Shown here: one piece after another, positions 32,788 through 44,784 of the stretch | Numbering within the stretch: position 1 is the stretch's first letter | Layout: each line of letters starts with the position of its first letter | From: Patescibacteria group bacterium | GTDB lineage: Bacteria; Patescibacteriota; Microgenomatia; Levybacterales; UBA12049 | Direction: 5' to 3' | Length of the DNA: 45,086 nucleotides | Assembly (NCBI GenBank): GCA_035646815.1 | Contig: DASRON010000025.1 | Coordinates: forward strand, 1 to 45,086 | The notes under the pieces: model-generated | Database searches by the model: none | What the model saw: only the letters and a program-made list of their open reading frames with translations | What the model was told of the DNA's origin: nothing | Program-made: the position numbers and the translations under genes

Positions 32788-35281
32788 TTTCAAGATAAGT
32801 TGCTGCTGCAATATTATCGTTTTCTTTTGAAAAACGCATTAAGATTACTCCTTGAGTATCTCTTGAAAGTTTTGGAACAGAGCTTGTATTAAGTTTTACA
32901 ATTTGTCCTTTTTCAGAAGTGATAATTATTTCCTTGCAACTATCTGGAACTACTTGGGAAAAAGCTACTTTTCCAGTTTTCTCAGTTACTTTTGCAACTT
33001 TTGCTCCTTGCCCTCCCCTGCCTTGCCCTCTAAAGAGTTTTGATGAAGTTTTTTTGCCTAGTCCGTTTTTCATTATTGTCATAAGCTCAACTTCTTTTTT
33101 CGCTTCAATTACATCCATGCCTATTACAATATCATCATCATTTAATTTTATACCTCTAACTCCCATGGTTGCTCTTCCCATTGATCTTACCGAATTTCCT
33201 GAAAATCTAATTGCTTTCCCGTTTTTCGTAGTAAGAATAATGTCGTTATCTCCAGCTGTAAGCTTACTCCAGGCAAGTTCATCTCCTTTGTTTAATTTTA
33301 TTGCTAAAATTCCCGTTTTTCTAATATTTGCAAATTCAGAGAGTTTAGTTTTTTTAACAGTTCCTTTTATTGTTGTTAAAAACACATAAATTCCTTTTTC
33401 ATCTTTTCTATATGTTATGAAAGATTCAACTTTTTCATCAGACTCAATATTTAAAAGATTAACAATTGCAGTTCCTTTTGATGTTCTTTGAGATTCATTT
33501 ATTTCAAAAGCTCTTAACTGATAAACTTTTCCTTTATTGGTAAAGAATAATAAATTGTCATGAGTTTGTGCAGAACGAATAAGAGCAATGCTATCTTCGT
33601 CTTTTGTTGTCATTCCCTTAATTCCCTTTCCTCCTCTATGCTGAGTTTTAAAGCTAGCTATGCTTTGTCTCTTAATATAACCTGTGGTGGTAAGAGTTAT
33701 AACTGTTGGTTCATTTTGAATAAGATCTTCTTCAGAAAATTCATCAACTTTGCTTTTATAAACTTTAGTTCTTCTTTCGTCGCCATACTTTTTTCTTAAA
33801 GAAGTTAATTCCTCCTTTATGATAACAAGAATTTTTTCAGGATGTGCTAAAAGATCTTCAAGATAAGCAATTGTTTCTTTAACCATTTGATATTCATCTT
33901 CAATTTTTTGTCTTTCTAAAGCTGCAAGCCTTCTTAGTTGCATGTCTAAAATTGCAGTTGCCTGAAGTTCTGAGAGCTTGAATTTAGCGATTAAATTCTT
34001 CTTTGCGTCATCTTGAGTTTTAGAAGCTCTTATTGTTTTGATTACAGCATCAATATTATCAACGGCAATTTTTAAACCTTCTAAAATATGAAGTCTTGCT
34101 TTTGCCTGTCTTAATTCAAACTCAGATCTTCTTTTAACAACTAAATAACGGTGTTTTAAAAATTCTTCTAAAATTGTTTTAAGGTTTAAAGTTTGAGGTG
34201 TGCCGTCAACAAGGGCTACGATATTTGCTGAAAAAGTTGTTTGAAGTGCTGTATATTTAAATAGATTATTTAAGATTTTTTTAGGCGAACTATCTCTTTT
34301 TAGCTCAACTACAACTCTTGTTCCTTGTCTATCAGATTCATCTCTTAAATCAGAAATTCCTTCAATTTTTTTATCCTTTGCAAGTCCTGCAATTCTTGCA
34401 ACTAGAAGCGCTTTATTCACTTGATAAGGAAGCTCAGTAATAATAATTGCTGATTTGCCTTGTCCTATTTCTTCAATTTCAGCTTTTCCACGAATTAAAA
34501 TTCTTCCTCTTCCAGTTGTGTATACATTTTTTATTTCTTCAAAATCATAAATTGCTCCCGCAGTTGGGAAATCTGGTCCTTTAATATATTTTAAAAGTTC
34601 GTCAATTCCTACTTCTGAAATAATTTCTGGAACATCAGAAGTCTTACTTACTTCAAATTTAGTTTTTTGAATAACAAAGGTGAGGGCATCAATAACCTCA
34701 GTTAGATTATGTGGAGGTATTTTTGTAGCCATTCCAACAGCTATTCCCTCAGACCCCATAAGTAGTAGATTCGGCAAAAGACTTGGCAAAAAGACTGGTT
34801 CTTTTAAAGTAGCATCAAAATTATCTAAGTAGTCTACAGTTTCTTTATCAAGATCTAAAAGCATTTCATTTGAGATTGATGCCATTCTTGCTTCGGTATA
34901 ACGCATGTGTGCAGGTGGATCACCATCCATTGAACCAAAATTACCTTGACCATCTATTAATGGGTAGCGCATGGAAAAATGTTGTGCCATTCTAACAAGT
35001 GAGTCATAAATAGGAATATCTCCATGAGGATGATACTTACCCATAACTTCTCCGACAATTTTTGCAGATTTTGAGAATTTTGCTTGATGCGTGAGATTTA
35101 ATTCATGCATCGCATAAAGAATTCTTCTATGAACTGGTTTTAGTCCGTCTCTTACATCAGGGAGCGCACGAGAGACTATAACAGACATTGCGTAATCAAG
35201 ATACGCTTTTTTCATCTCTGTTGTTATCTCGGTTTGTTCGAGTCTCCCTATTTTATTTTTTTCTGATTTATCTTCAACCAT
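32777..35281 (-). CDS. gyrA: DNA gyrase subunit A
   Basis: [24 protein letters not shown], the active-site region HPHGD and a C-terminal beta-pinwheel. 834 aa. Confidence 0.95.
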   Translation of the reverse strand: MVEDKSEKNKIGRLEQTEITTEMKKAYLDYAMSVIVSRALPDVRDGLKPVHRRILYAMHELNLTHQAKFSKSAKIVGEVMGKYHPHGDIPIYDSLVRMAQHFSMRYPLIDGQGNFGSMDGDPPAHMRYTEARMASISNEMLLDLDKETVDYLDNFDATLKEPVFLPSLLPNLLLMGSEGIAVGMATKIPPHNLTEVIDALTFVIQKTKFEVSKTSDVPEIISEVGIDELLKYIKGPDFPTAGAIYDFEEIKNVYTTGRGRILIRGKAEIEEIGQGKSAIIITELPYQVNKALLVARIAGLAKDKKIEGISDLRDESDRQGTRVVVELKRDSSPKKILNNLFKYTALQTTFSANIVALVDGTPQTLNLKTILEEFLKHRYLVVKRRSEFELRQAKARLHILEGLKIAVDNIDAVIKTIRASKTQDDAKKNLIAKFKLSELQATAILDMQLRRLAALERQKIEDEYQMVKETIAYLEDLLAHPEKILVIIKEELTSLRKKYGDERRTKVYKSKVDEFSEEDLIQNEPTVITLTTTGYIKRQSIASFKTQHRGGKGIKGMTTKDEDSIALIRSAQTHDNLLFFTNKGKVYQLRAFEINESQRTSKGTAIVNLLNIESDEKVESFITYRKDEKGIYVFLTTIKGTVKKTKLSEFANIRKTGILAIKLNKGDELAWSKLTAGDNDIILTTKNGKAIRFSGNSVRSMGRATMGVRGIKLNDDDIVIGMDVIEAKKEVELMTIMKNGLGKKTSSKLFRGQGRGGQGAKVAKVTEKTGKVAFSQVVPDSCKEIIITSEKGQIVKLNTSSVPKLSRDTQGVILMRFSKENDNIAAATYLENED

Positions 35282-35359
35282 AATTTATAAATTCAAGTTT
35301 ATTAAAAAACAAAAAATATATATTACCTTTACTGCTTAATACTTAAGTAGGGGCAGGTA

Positions 35360-35872
35360 TTATTTAATTGCTTTTTCAACTTCTACCAATGCTTCTTTTT
35401 TCCCTTTCCAATTTTTAATCTTAACCCACTTATCTTTTTCAAGAGTTTTATAATTTTCAAAAAAATGTTTAATTTTATTTTTTGTAGCCTCTGGAACGTC
35501 AGAGATATCACTATATTCTCCAAAGAGTGGGTCTATTTTCTTATCTGGTACTGCAACTATCTTAGTATCATTACCAGCTTCATCCTCCATTTCTAGAAAT
35601 CCAATAACCCTAGAAGGTATTACAGTTCCAGGAGCAACACTTTGATCTCCAAGCACTATGACATCAAGTGGATCTCCATCGTCTGCAAGTGTATTTGCTA
35701 TAAAGCCGTAATTAAAAGGGAAATTCATAGCAGTATGTAAGAACCTATCAACAAAAATTATGCCAGTGTCTTTATCGAGTTCGTATTTAATATTACTGTC
35801 TTTAGGAATCTCTATAAAAACATTTACTTCTTCAGGTGGGTTTTTTCCTACTGCGAGTTTTTTAATATCCAC
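35360..35872 (-). CDS. ppa: inorganic pyrophosphatase (family I)
   Basis: IEIPKDSNIKYELDKDTG and DGDPLDVIVL motifs. 170 aa. Confidence 0.9.
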   Translation of the reverse strand: MDIKKLAVGKNPPEEVNVFIEIPKDSNIKYELDKDTGIIFVDRFLHTAMNFPFNYGFIANTLADDGDPLDVIVLGDQSVAPGTVIPSRVIGFLEMEDEAGNDTKIVAVPDKKIDPLFGEYSDISDVPEATKNKIKHFFENYKTLEKDKWVKIKNWKGKKEALVEVEKAIK

Positions 35873-35917
35873 TATTTCTTCACCTCCATTTTTTTATAAT
35901 TATTCTTATTCATAATT

Positions 35918-37873
<1,956 letters not shown>

Positions 37874-37951
37874 TTATCTATATTAACAGAAAACAAATTA
37901 TTTTTAAAGTCTTGACATTTGGAGAAATGCTATCTAATTATTCCCCTTTTT

Positions 37952-38062
37952 TTATAAATATTTGTATTTTTTACTTATTTTATTGTTATGCATAAGCAGT
38001 AAGCCAAAGAGTATCATCGAACCTGAAAGAACAAAGAAAATAATAAAAGGAGTTTTTTCCAT
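37952..38062 (-). CDS. possible 36-aa single-TM peptide downstream of holB (not in the track)
   Basis: MEKTPFIIFFVLSGSMILFGLLLMHNNKISKKYKYL. TGaTATAAT lies 6 nt upstream of the ATG. Confidence 0.25.
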   Translation of the reverse strand: MEKTPFIIFFVLSGSMILFGLLLMHNNKISKKYKYL

Positions 38063-38083
38063 TATGAGATTATATCAAGCTTT

Positions 38084-38731
38084 TTATATTGAAATAAAGA
38101 GGCTTTCAAGCCCTAGACGAAGATTTGCATTGCTGTTTTTAAGTTCAATATATCGTTTTTGAATAAGCTTAATTGATTTTTGACTATTTAAATCCTTTTC
38201 TTTTAACATTATTTCTCTTGCACCTAAGATTATTTTTTGAAGATATAAAAGTGCTTGCTCTTTATCTTTTGCAAGACTTTCTGCAAGTTTCAGTTTTTCT
38301 CCCTGAGAAAATTTTATAAACTTATTAAATTCTTTTTCATAATCTTCATGCTCTTTTATTGAAATTGAAACTTTATGATTTAATTCAATAATTTTACATC
38401 TTGAAAGAACAGTTGGAAGAACAAGTTCTTTACTTGGGATAATAAGCGCAATAATAGTATTTGCAGGAGGTTCTTCAAGAATTTTTAAAAGAGCATTTTG
38501 TGCTTCAGCAGTAATTCCTTTTTCTGCATTAAGTATGGTTATTTTCTGTTTACCCTTAAAAGGTTTTAAAAGTGTTTTTTCCTGAAGAATTCGAATATCT
38601 TTTATTCCTATTTGTTTTTCACTTTCAATAATTAATGTGTCAAACTCCCCTATTTTCTCATTAAGACTGAGTTTTTTTACATAATCCAAAGCGTCTTGGT
38701 TTTTATTTGAAGAAATTAATATTGATTGCAT
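38084..38731 (-). CDS. holB: DNA polymerase III delta' subunit (short form)
   Basis: ITILNAEKGITAEAQNALLKILEEPPANTIIALI and TVLSRC motifs. ATG 38731 is preferred; the track's 38860 start would run through the pilB promoter. Confidence 0.75.
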   Translation of the reverse strand: MQSILISSNKNQDALDYVKKLSLNEKIGEFDTLIIESEKQIGIKDIRILQEKTLLKPFKGKQKITILNAEKGITAEAQNALLKILEEPPANTIIALIIPSKELVLPTVLSRCKIIELNHKVSISIKEHEDYEKEFNKFIKFSQGEKLKLAESLAKDKEQALLYLQKIILGAREIMLKEKDLNSQKSIKLIQKRYIELKNSNANLRLGLESLFISI

Positions 38732-38765
38732 GAGTTGAAAGTTAAATTTTACTAACTTTGCCTGA

Positions 38766-38774
38766 AGTATAGCA
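38766..38774 (-). promoter_or_regulatory. extended -10 promoter of holB
   Basis: The minus strand reads TGCTATACT, 34 nt upstream of ATG 38731. Confidence 0.4.
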
Positions 38775-38802
38775 CAAAGAGAATATTTTAAGGCTATACT
38801 TG

Positions 38803-38832
38803 TTGACATTTTAGCTTGTTTACACGTACTAT
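38803..38832 (+). promoter_or_regulatory. promoter of the type IV pilus operon
   Basis: TTGACA (38803-38808), 18-nt spacer, TACTAT (38827-38832). ATG 38840 is 7 nt downstream. Confidence 0.55.
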
Positions 38833-38839
38833 TATAGTA

Positions 38840-40567
38840 ATGCCCAATGATACCAAACAACAGTCAAAAGAGGACCAATCAGTTGCTGATATTCTTTTAG
38901 GTCAGCATTTAATTACTCCGGAGCAAAATCAAGAAATTAAGGTTAAAAGTGCAAGTCAAGGCATAAATGATGTAGCTGCGATTGAGCAAATGAATATCGT
39001 AGGAGAGGAAAAGCTTGCAGAAGCAAAAGCGCTTCGAATGGGTATTCCTTTTATTTCACTTGAAAATACTTCTTTTTCTCCACAAGCATTAGGTTTTATC
39101 CCAAGAGCAGTAGTTGAGAGATTTCAATTAATTCCTTTTGGATATGATGAAAAAAGCAAGGTTATTTCCGTTGCCATGAGTAATCCTGTTGATCTTGAAG
39201 CGATTTCATTTGTTCAGCAAAAAACTGGACTTAATGTTAAAACTTTTGCAGCATCTGCAGCTGATGTTAAAAGAGCAATCCAGCTTCAATATAGGCAGGA
39301 AATTGTTGGTCAGGTTGGCGAAGCGTTAAAAGAAACAGAAGAGTTTAATAAAGCACGTACTATAGATAGTAGTGATATTGGAAAAATTATAAAAGAAGCT
39401 CCAATTGCAAAAATTGTTTCAACTATTCTTGAGTACGCAGTAACAAGTAGAGCTTCAGATGTTCATATTGAACCCCAGGAAGACAGAGTTAGAGTAAGGT
39501 ATAGAATTGATGGAATTCTTTATGACCGTCTTAGTCTTCCCAAGTCAGTTCAGGAAGCAGTTATTTCAAGAATTAAGATTTTATCTGAAATGAAAATAGA
39601 TGAACATAGGTCTCCTCAGGATGGAAGATTTAATTTTAAAGTTGAAAATAAAGAAGTTGATCTTCGTATCTCAGTGCTTCCTACAGTTTTTGGAGAAAAA
39701 ATAGTAATGAGACTTTTAAGAAAATCAGGAGGCCTCCCTACTTTAAATGAGTTAGGGCTTACTGGAAATTCATTAAGAAACTTAGAAGCATCTATTTTAA
39801 GACCGCACGGAATAATTACTGTTTGTGGTCCGACAGGATCAGGAAAAACAACAACTTTGTATTCAATTTTGGCAAAATTAAATACAACAAGAGTTAATAT
39901 AATGACTTTAGAAGATCCAGTTGAGTATCAAATTCCCGGTATTAATCAGGTTCAAATTAATCCTGCTGTAGGCCTTACATTTGCAACAGGACTTAGATCA
40001 TTTCTAAGGCAAGACCCAAACATTATATTAGTAGGAGAAATTAGAGATGAAGAGACAACAGATCTTGCAATTCAAGCAGCTTTAACAGGACATTTAGTTT
40101 TTTCAACACTTCATACATCAAGTGCTTCTGGTGCGCTACCCCGTTTAACTGACTTAGGAGCAGAAACATTTTTGCTTGCTTCAACAATGACAGCAATACT
40201 TGCTCAAAGAATTGTTAGAAAAATATGTGAGCATTGTAAGGTTTCATATAATCCCCAACCCCAGATATTAGAAGAGATTAAAAATGCATTAGGAAATCTT
40301 TTTCAAGAAAGTAAACAAGCACTTCTTTACAAGGGAAAGGGATGTACTGAATGTGGAGGAACAGGCTATATGGGAAGAGTTGGTATTTTTGAAACTTTGC
40401 CTATTTCTGAAAAAATATCATCTTTGATACTGCAAAACGCTGATAGTAATACAATTGAAAAAGAGGCTATTTTAGAAGGTATGATTACCATGAAAAGAGA
40501 CGGTTATTTAAAAGCATTAGAAGGGTTAACGACAATAGAGGAAGTTATTAGAGTTGCCCAGGACTAA
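38840..40567 (+). CDS. pilB: type IV pilus assembly ATPase PilB (GspE family)
   Basis: N-terminal GSPII_E_N-like domain, Walker A GPTGSGKTTT, and a tetracysteine motif CEHC...CTECGGTGY. Confidence 0.9.
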   Translation: MPNDTKQQSKEDQSVADILLGQHLITPEQNQEIKVKSASQGINDVAAIEQMNIVGEEKLAEAKALRMGIPFISLENTSFSPQALGFIPRAVVERFQLIPFGYDEKSKVISVAMSNPVDLEAISFVQQKTGLNVKTFAASAADVKRAIQLQYRQEIVGQVGEALKETEEFNKARTIDSSDIGKIIKEAPIAKIVSTILEYAVTSRASDVHIEPQEDRVRVRYRIDGILYDRLSLPKSVQEAVISRIKILSEMKIDEHRSPQDGRFNFKVENKEVDLRISVLPTVFGEKIVMRLLRKSGGLPTLNELGLTGNSLRNLEASILRPHGIITVCGPTGSGKTTTLYSILAKLNTTRVNIMTLEDPVEYQIPGINQVQINPAVGLTFATGLRSFLRQDPNIILVGEIRDEETTDLAIQAALTGHLVFSTLHTSSASGALPRLTDLGAETFLLASTMTAILAQRIVRKICEHCKVSYNPQPQILEEIKNALGNLFQESKQALLYKGKGCTECGGTGYMGRVGIFETLPISEKISSLILQNADSNTIEKEAILEGMITMKRDGYLKALEGLTTIEEVIRVAQD

Positions 40568-40570
40568 ATT

Positions 40571-41638
40571 ATGAATATACAAGAACTATTAGAAGTAACA
40601 ATTAAAAACAAAGCTTCGGATTTGCACTTACTAGTTGGTCTCCCACCTGCTATTAGAATTGATGGAACTCTAAACTATTTAAATAGCTACGGACAAATTT
40701 CTCCACAAGATATTGAAACAATGATTTCGTCTATTTTAAAGCCTGAACAAAAAGAATTATTAGATGCTAACAAAGAAATTGATTTTTCCTTGGGATTTGG
40801 CGGAGGTGCTTATGGTGATCTTGGAAGATTTAGAATAAATGCATATTATCAAAGAGGATATTTAAGTGCTGCTTTTAGATTTTTAGAACCTAAAATAAAA
40901 ACAATTGAAGAACTTAAACTTCCTAAGATTTGTCATACCTTTGCTGACTTAAGACAAGGGTTTGTTTTGGTTACTGGTCCAACCGGTCATGGAAAATCAA
41001 CAACGATTGCAGCAATTATAAATGAAATAAACATTAAAAGAGCAGCTCACATATTAACCATAGAAGACCCAATAGAATATGTTTATCCTATTGAAAAAAG
41101 TATTGTTTCCCAAAGAGAAATAGATATTGATACTCATTCTTGGGCAAACGCCTTAAGATCTGCTCTGAGAGAAGATCCAGATGTTGTTTTAGTAGGAGAA
41201 ATGAGAGATCCTGAAACAGTTTCTGCAGCTATTACAATTGCTGAAACTGGGCATTTGGTTTTTTCAACACTTCACACAAATTCTGCATCACAAACAATTG
41301 ATAGAATAATTGATGTATTTCCAGCAAATCAACAAGCTCAGATTAAAACACAATTAGCTTCTTCTTTAAAAGGAATTATTTCTCAGCGTTTACTTCCGCA
41401 AATAAGCGGAGGAAGAGTGCCCGCAGTAGAAGTGCTTGTAGGAAATTCTGCTGTTGCAAGTAATATTCGTGAAGGAAAAACACATTTAATTGATTCTGTT
41501 ATTCAAACATCTCAAGAGTCTGGAATGATTACGCTTGAATCATCACTTGCATCTCTTGTTTTATCAGGAACAATTAGCTTAGATATAGCAAAAGGTTACT
41601 CCTTAAGACCAAATGAATTAATGCGATTACTCGGATAA
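40571..41638 (+). CDS. pilT: twitching-motility retraction ATPase PilT
   Basis: ASDLHLLVGLPPAIRIDG, GPTGHGKST and AHLVFSTLHTN-type motifs. 355 aa. Confidence 0.9.
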   Translation: MNIQELLEVTIKNKASDLHLLVGLPPAIRIDGTLNYLNSYGQISPQDIETMISSILKPEQKELLDANKEIDFSLGFGGGAYGDLGRFRINAYYQRGYLSAAFRFLEPKIKTIEELKLPKICHTFADLRQGFVLVTGPTGHGKSTTIAAIINEINIKRAAHILTIEDPIEYVYPIEKSIVSQREIDIDTHSWANALRSALREDPDVVLVGEMRDPETVSAAITIAETGHLVFSTLHTNSASQTIDRIIDVFPANQQAQIKTQLASSLKGIISQRLLPQISGGRVPAVEVLVGNSAVASNIREGKTHLIDSVIQTSQESGMITLESSLASLVLSGTISLDIAKGYSLRPNELMRLLG

Positions 41639-41642
41639 ATAA

Positions 41643-42848
41643 ATGAGACTTAGATATAAAGCAGCAACAAAAGAAGGAAAAATAATTCAAGGTTTAATTG
41701 ACGCAAAAGATGTAAATGAAGCAGCTGGTTACCTTCGTAATAAGGAATTTATGGTTATAAGAATAGATGCAGTAACTTCTGATTCTTTTCAAGCTCTTCT
41801 TGCAAAATTAAATAAAGTAAAATCAGCAGATGTAGTTTTATTTACAAGACAATTATCCTCAATGCTTGAATCAGGGCTTACATTAATGCGCGCACTTGAA
41901 ATATTTAGAGATCAAGTTCAAAGCAAAGCAATGATTGAAGTTGTTAGTAGTCTTATAACCGATGTTGAAGGAGGAAGACCTTTATCTTCTGCTCTTGCCA
42001 AATTTCCAGATGTTTTTTCCCCAATTTACATATCTTTAGTAAGAGCAGGAGAATCTTCAGGTCTTTTGGATAAAGTTCTTTTACGACTTGCTGATAATTT
42101 AGAAAAACAGCAAAAACTTAAAAGCACAATTAAGGCAGCACTTATGTACCCTATGGTAGTTGTTACCTTGATGATCGTTGTTGTTTTTGTTATGATGATT
42201 TTTGTAATTCCACAACTTTCTGTTTTGTATAAAAACTTAAATATTCCCCTTCCTTTACCGACTCAGATAATTGTTGGAATGTCTAATTTTGTAATTATAT
42301 TTTGGCCAATTATCATTATTGCCTCTGTTTTTTTGTTTGTGTTTTTAAAAAGATGGAAAAAAACAGAGCAAGGACAGCTTATTTTAGATAACATAGTTTT
42401 AAAAACGCCTGTATTTGGCCTTTTAATAAAACAAACGATCCTAACAGAGTTTTCAAGAACATTTGGACTCTTAGTTGGAACAGGAACATTAGTTGTTGAT
42501 GCACTTTTAGAGACAGGAGATACAATGGGAAATATATATTATAAGAATGCCGTTAAAGATGTTTCAAAACAAGTTGAAAAAGGAATTTCTGTTGGGGATG
42601 CTATGCAGGCAAATCCTTTGTTTCCTGCTATGATTGTCCAGCTTGTAAAAGTCGGAGAGCAAACCGGAAAAGTTGATGATAACCTTCTAAAAGCATCTGA
42701 ATATTATGAACGTGAAGTAAATCAAACTGTAAAAACCCTAACAACAGCAATGGAGCCTTTTATTATGGTTATTTTAGGTGTAGGCGTAGGGTTTTTAATT
42801 ATTTCTGTAATTACTCCAATTTATAGTTTAATTTCAACAATTCAATAG
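41643..42848 (+). CDS. pilC: type IV pilus platform protein PilC (GspF family)
   Basis: Two T2SSF repeats and three TM segments. 401 aa. Confidence 0.9.
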   Translation: MRLRYKAATKEGKIIQGLIDAKDVNEAAGYLRNKEFMVIRIDAVTSDSFQALLAKLNKVKSADVVLFTRQLSSMLESGLTLMRALEIFRDQVQSKAMIEVVSSLITDVEGGRPLSSALAKFPDVFSPIYISLVRAGESSGLLDKVLLRLADNLEKQQKLKSTIKAALMYPMVVVTLMIVVVFVMMIFVIPQLSVLYKNLNIPLPLPTQIIVGMSNFVIIFWPIIIIASVFLFVFLKRWKKTEQGQLILDNIVLKTPVFGLLIKQTILTEFSRTFGLLVGTGTLVVDALLETGDTMGNIYYKNAVKDVSKQVEKGISVGDAMQANPLFPAMIVQLVKVGEQTGKVDDNLLKASEYYEREVNQTVKTLTTAMEPFIMVILGVGVGFLIISVITPIYSLISTIQ

Positions 42849-42883
42849 AGATGGTAAAGTTACGATAGCTTTAGATTAGGGGC

Positions 42884-42913
42884 TTGACAAGATATTTTGA
42901 ATATGGTTATTAT
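42884..42913 (+). promoter_or_regulatory. internal strong promoter in front of the major pilin gene
   Basis: TTGACA (42884-42889), 18-nt spacer, TATTAT (42908-42913). ATG 42924 is 10 nt downstream. Confidence 0.5.
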
Positions 42914-42923
42914 AAATACATAC

Positions 42924-43505
42924 ATGAAAAAACTCACTGCCCTATTTAAAAACAACAGAGGTTTTACATTAATAGAACTTTTAGTCGTTATAGGAATCCT
43001 CGGAATTTTAGCAGCAGCACTTATCGCAACAATTGATCCATTTGAACAGCTTAAAAAAGCAGATGATGCAAAAATTAAAAATATTTCTGTAGAATTTCAA
43101 ACAGCAAATGTAAGATATTACACAAGTCATGGTGCATTTCCATGGAATGATACAGATGTGTCAAATTCAAATGTTAATTGTCAGGGGGTAGCGGGATCAG
43201 CATTTCCTCTACAATTAGGTTCAGGAGCATTATTAACTGACTGTATAGGAACTTCACTTATTTCTAATAGTTTAATTGGAGATGGAGAACTTAAAGGGTC
43301 TTTTTCAAGCAACACAGTTGATCTAGACAAGATATGGTTAAATTGGAGCAGTAGTGATGCAACCAATCTGATTGTTTGTTTCAGTCCAACCTCTAAGTCT
43401 CAAAAAGCAGCTTCTGATACAAAATACGATAACAAAGGAACAGCAATTACTGGTTGTCCTTCTGCATTAGCATTAGATGGAGTTTGCTTTTGGTGCACAA
43501 GATAG
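42924..43505 (+). CDS. type IV pilin (probable major pilin)
   Basis: MKKLTALFKNNRG|FTLIELLVVIGILGILAA is a class III signal. The track's TTG 42897 lies between the -35 and -10 boxes. Confidence 0.85.
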   Translation: MKKLTALFKNNRGFTLIELLVVIGILGILAAALIATIDPFEQLKKADDAKIKNISVEFQTANVRYYTSHGAFPWNDTDVSNSNVNCQGVAGSAFPLQLGSGALLTDCIGTSLISNSLIGDGELKGSFSSNTVDLDKIWLNWSSSDATNLIVCFSPTSKSQKAASDTKYDNKGTAITGCPSALALDGVCFWCTR

Positions 43506-43516
43506 TTAGTTAATAA

Positions 43517-44305
43517 ATGCCTCTTTTTTATTCAATAATAATTTTCTCAATAGGATTATGTATTGGTTCATTTATAAATGTTGTAATAGATAGACTTCCT
43601 AAAAAAGAATCAGTAATTTCTGGAAGATCATATTGCGATAATTGTCGTAAAAAGCTTAGTTGGTACGAGCTTATTCCCATCATCTCGTTTTTTATCTTAA
43701 AAAGAAAGTGTAAGGTTTGCAAAACATCTCTTAGCTTTCAATATCCAGCGATAGAGATTATTACAGGAATTTTAGTTTTGTTTTCTTTTCTGTTCTTAAT
43801 TTCAGATAAAAGTTTAAATCTATTTACTTATATTTTACTTTTTTATTACATTTCGATTATTTCTTCTTTTATTGCTATTTTTGTAATAGATATTAAGTAC
43901 GGAATAATTCCAGACAAAATAATAGTTTTTCTGCTTTTTGTAGTACTCCCCTATTCTTTTATTTTTCAAAAACCATTCATTTTTGATTCCTTTATTTCGG
44001 CAATTTCTGCTTTTATATTCTTTCTAATATTAGTATTAGTTACTAAGGGCAAAGGTATGGGTTTTGGAGATGCTAAACTTGCCTTTGTAATGGGTATTAT
44101 TCTCTCTTTTCCTGCGATAGTTGTATCTTTGTATGTGGCTTTCTTGACAGGTGCTTTTGTTTCAATCATACTCGTTATATGGGGCAAAAAACACTTCAAA
44201 AAGAGCACAATTCCTTTTGCACCGTTTTTAGCATTTGGAACAATACTCTCTCTTTTTTTAGGAAGTCAAATTTGGCAGTTCGCAAAACAAATTCTTCAAT
44301 TCTAG
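43517..44305 (+). CDS. pilD: prepilin peptidase / N-methyltransferase PilD (A24 family)
   Basis: CDNC...CKVC zinc motif and the GFGDAKL active-site Asp motif. Polytopic. Confidence 0.9.
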   Translation: MPLFYSIIIFSIGLCIGSFINVVIDRLPKKESVISGRSYCDNCRKKLSWYELIPIISFFILKRKCKVCKTSLSFQYPAIEIITGILVLFSFLFLISDKSLNLFTYILLFYYISIISSFIAIFVIDIKYGIIPDKIIVFLLFVVLPYSFIFQKPFIFDSFISAISAFIFFLILVLVTKGKGMGFGDAKLAFVMGIILSFPAIVVSLYVAFLTGAFVSIILVIWGKKHFKKSTIPFAPFLAFGTILSLFLGSQIWQFAKQILQF

Positions 44306-44784
44306 GCTTTACTTTAATTGAGCTTATTACCTCAGTTGCAGTACTTGCAATTATTGCAACTATTAGCGTTGTTGCCCTAGATCCTTTTACGCAATTTCAA
44401 AAAGCAGGTGATGCAAGAATCAAATCAGATCTTTCACAGATTGAAAAATCATTTGAGCTGTATTATGAAGACAATGGCAAATATCCGGATGCAACTGCCT
44501 CCTATAAAATTAACTCATTAGGTGGAGAGATTGATTGGGGTACTGCTTGGCAGCCATATATGAATATCCTTCCTAAAGACCCAAGGTCTAATCGAAATTA
44601 TGTTTATTACTCCCCTTCTGATGGACAGTCATATTATATATATGCTAATCTAAATAGAGAGGAGGATACGGCTCTTTGCAATTCAGATGGATCTGCTTGT
44701 AGTTCTTTAAGTCAGAATGGCGTAACTGAAGATTGCGGAGCAGTGTGTAATTTTGGAGTTTCTAGTCAAAATGTAAGCCCATGA
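44272..44784 (+). CDS. pilin-like protein (minor pilin/pseudopilin)
   Basis: The GFTLIELITSVAVLAII signal has no in-frame ATG upstream. TTG 44272 lies 6 nt after AGGAAG (44260-44265) and gives the leader MAVRKTNSSILG|F. It overlaps the pilD 3' end by 34 nt. Confidence 0.65.
   Translation: MAVRKTNSSILGFTLIELITSVAVLAIIATISVVALDPFTQFQKAGDARIKSDLSQIEKSFELYYEDNGKYPDATASYKINSLGGEIDWGTAWQPYMNILPKDPRSNRNYVYYSPSDGQSYYIYANLNREEDTALCNSDGSACSSLSQNGVTEDCGAVCNFGVSSQNVSP

Noticed and set aside
32919-33389. Long ORFs in the track that lie antisense to or inside conserved genes: 32919-33389 and 33560-33799 in gyrA; 16289-16687; 25108-25479; 25775-26032; 26800-27171; 8628-8936; 22044-22358; 15678-15962; 19582-19842; 2551-2811; and others.
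   Set aside because: Each is fully embedded opposite a gene with strong family motifs. They have Ser/Phe/Leu/Ile-rich low-complexity composition typical of antisense frames in AT-rich DNA. None has a promoter or SD of its own.
37912-38162. A plus-strand promoter-like TTGACA-17-TAATTA (37912-37940) facing the 66-aa ORF 37962-38162.
   Set aside because: The ORF is low-complexity and lies antisense to the holB 3' end and to the small minus-strand ORF. The hexamers may be chance, or an antisense promoter. There is no support for a protein gene.
38732-38860. N-terminal extensions proposed by the ORF track: holB from 38860, pilB from TTG 38816, recombinase from TTG 24761, pilin from TTG 42897, rpmE from TTG 3693, and the 3758 TTG.
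   Set aside because: The extensions start inside, or read through, clear -35/-10 elements of the same or the divergent gene. They add non-conserved residues ahead of canonical N-termini. Internal ATGs were chosen in their place.
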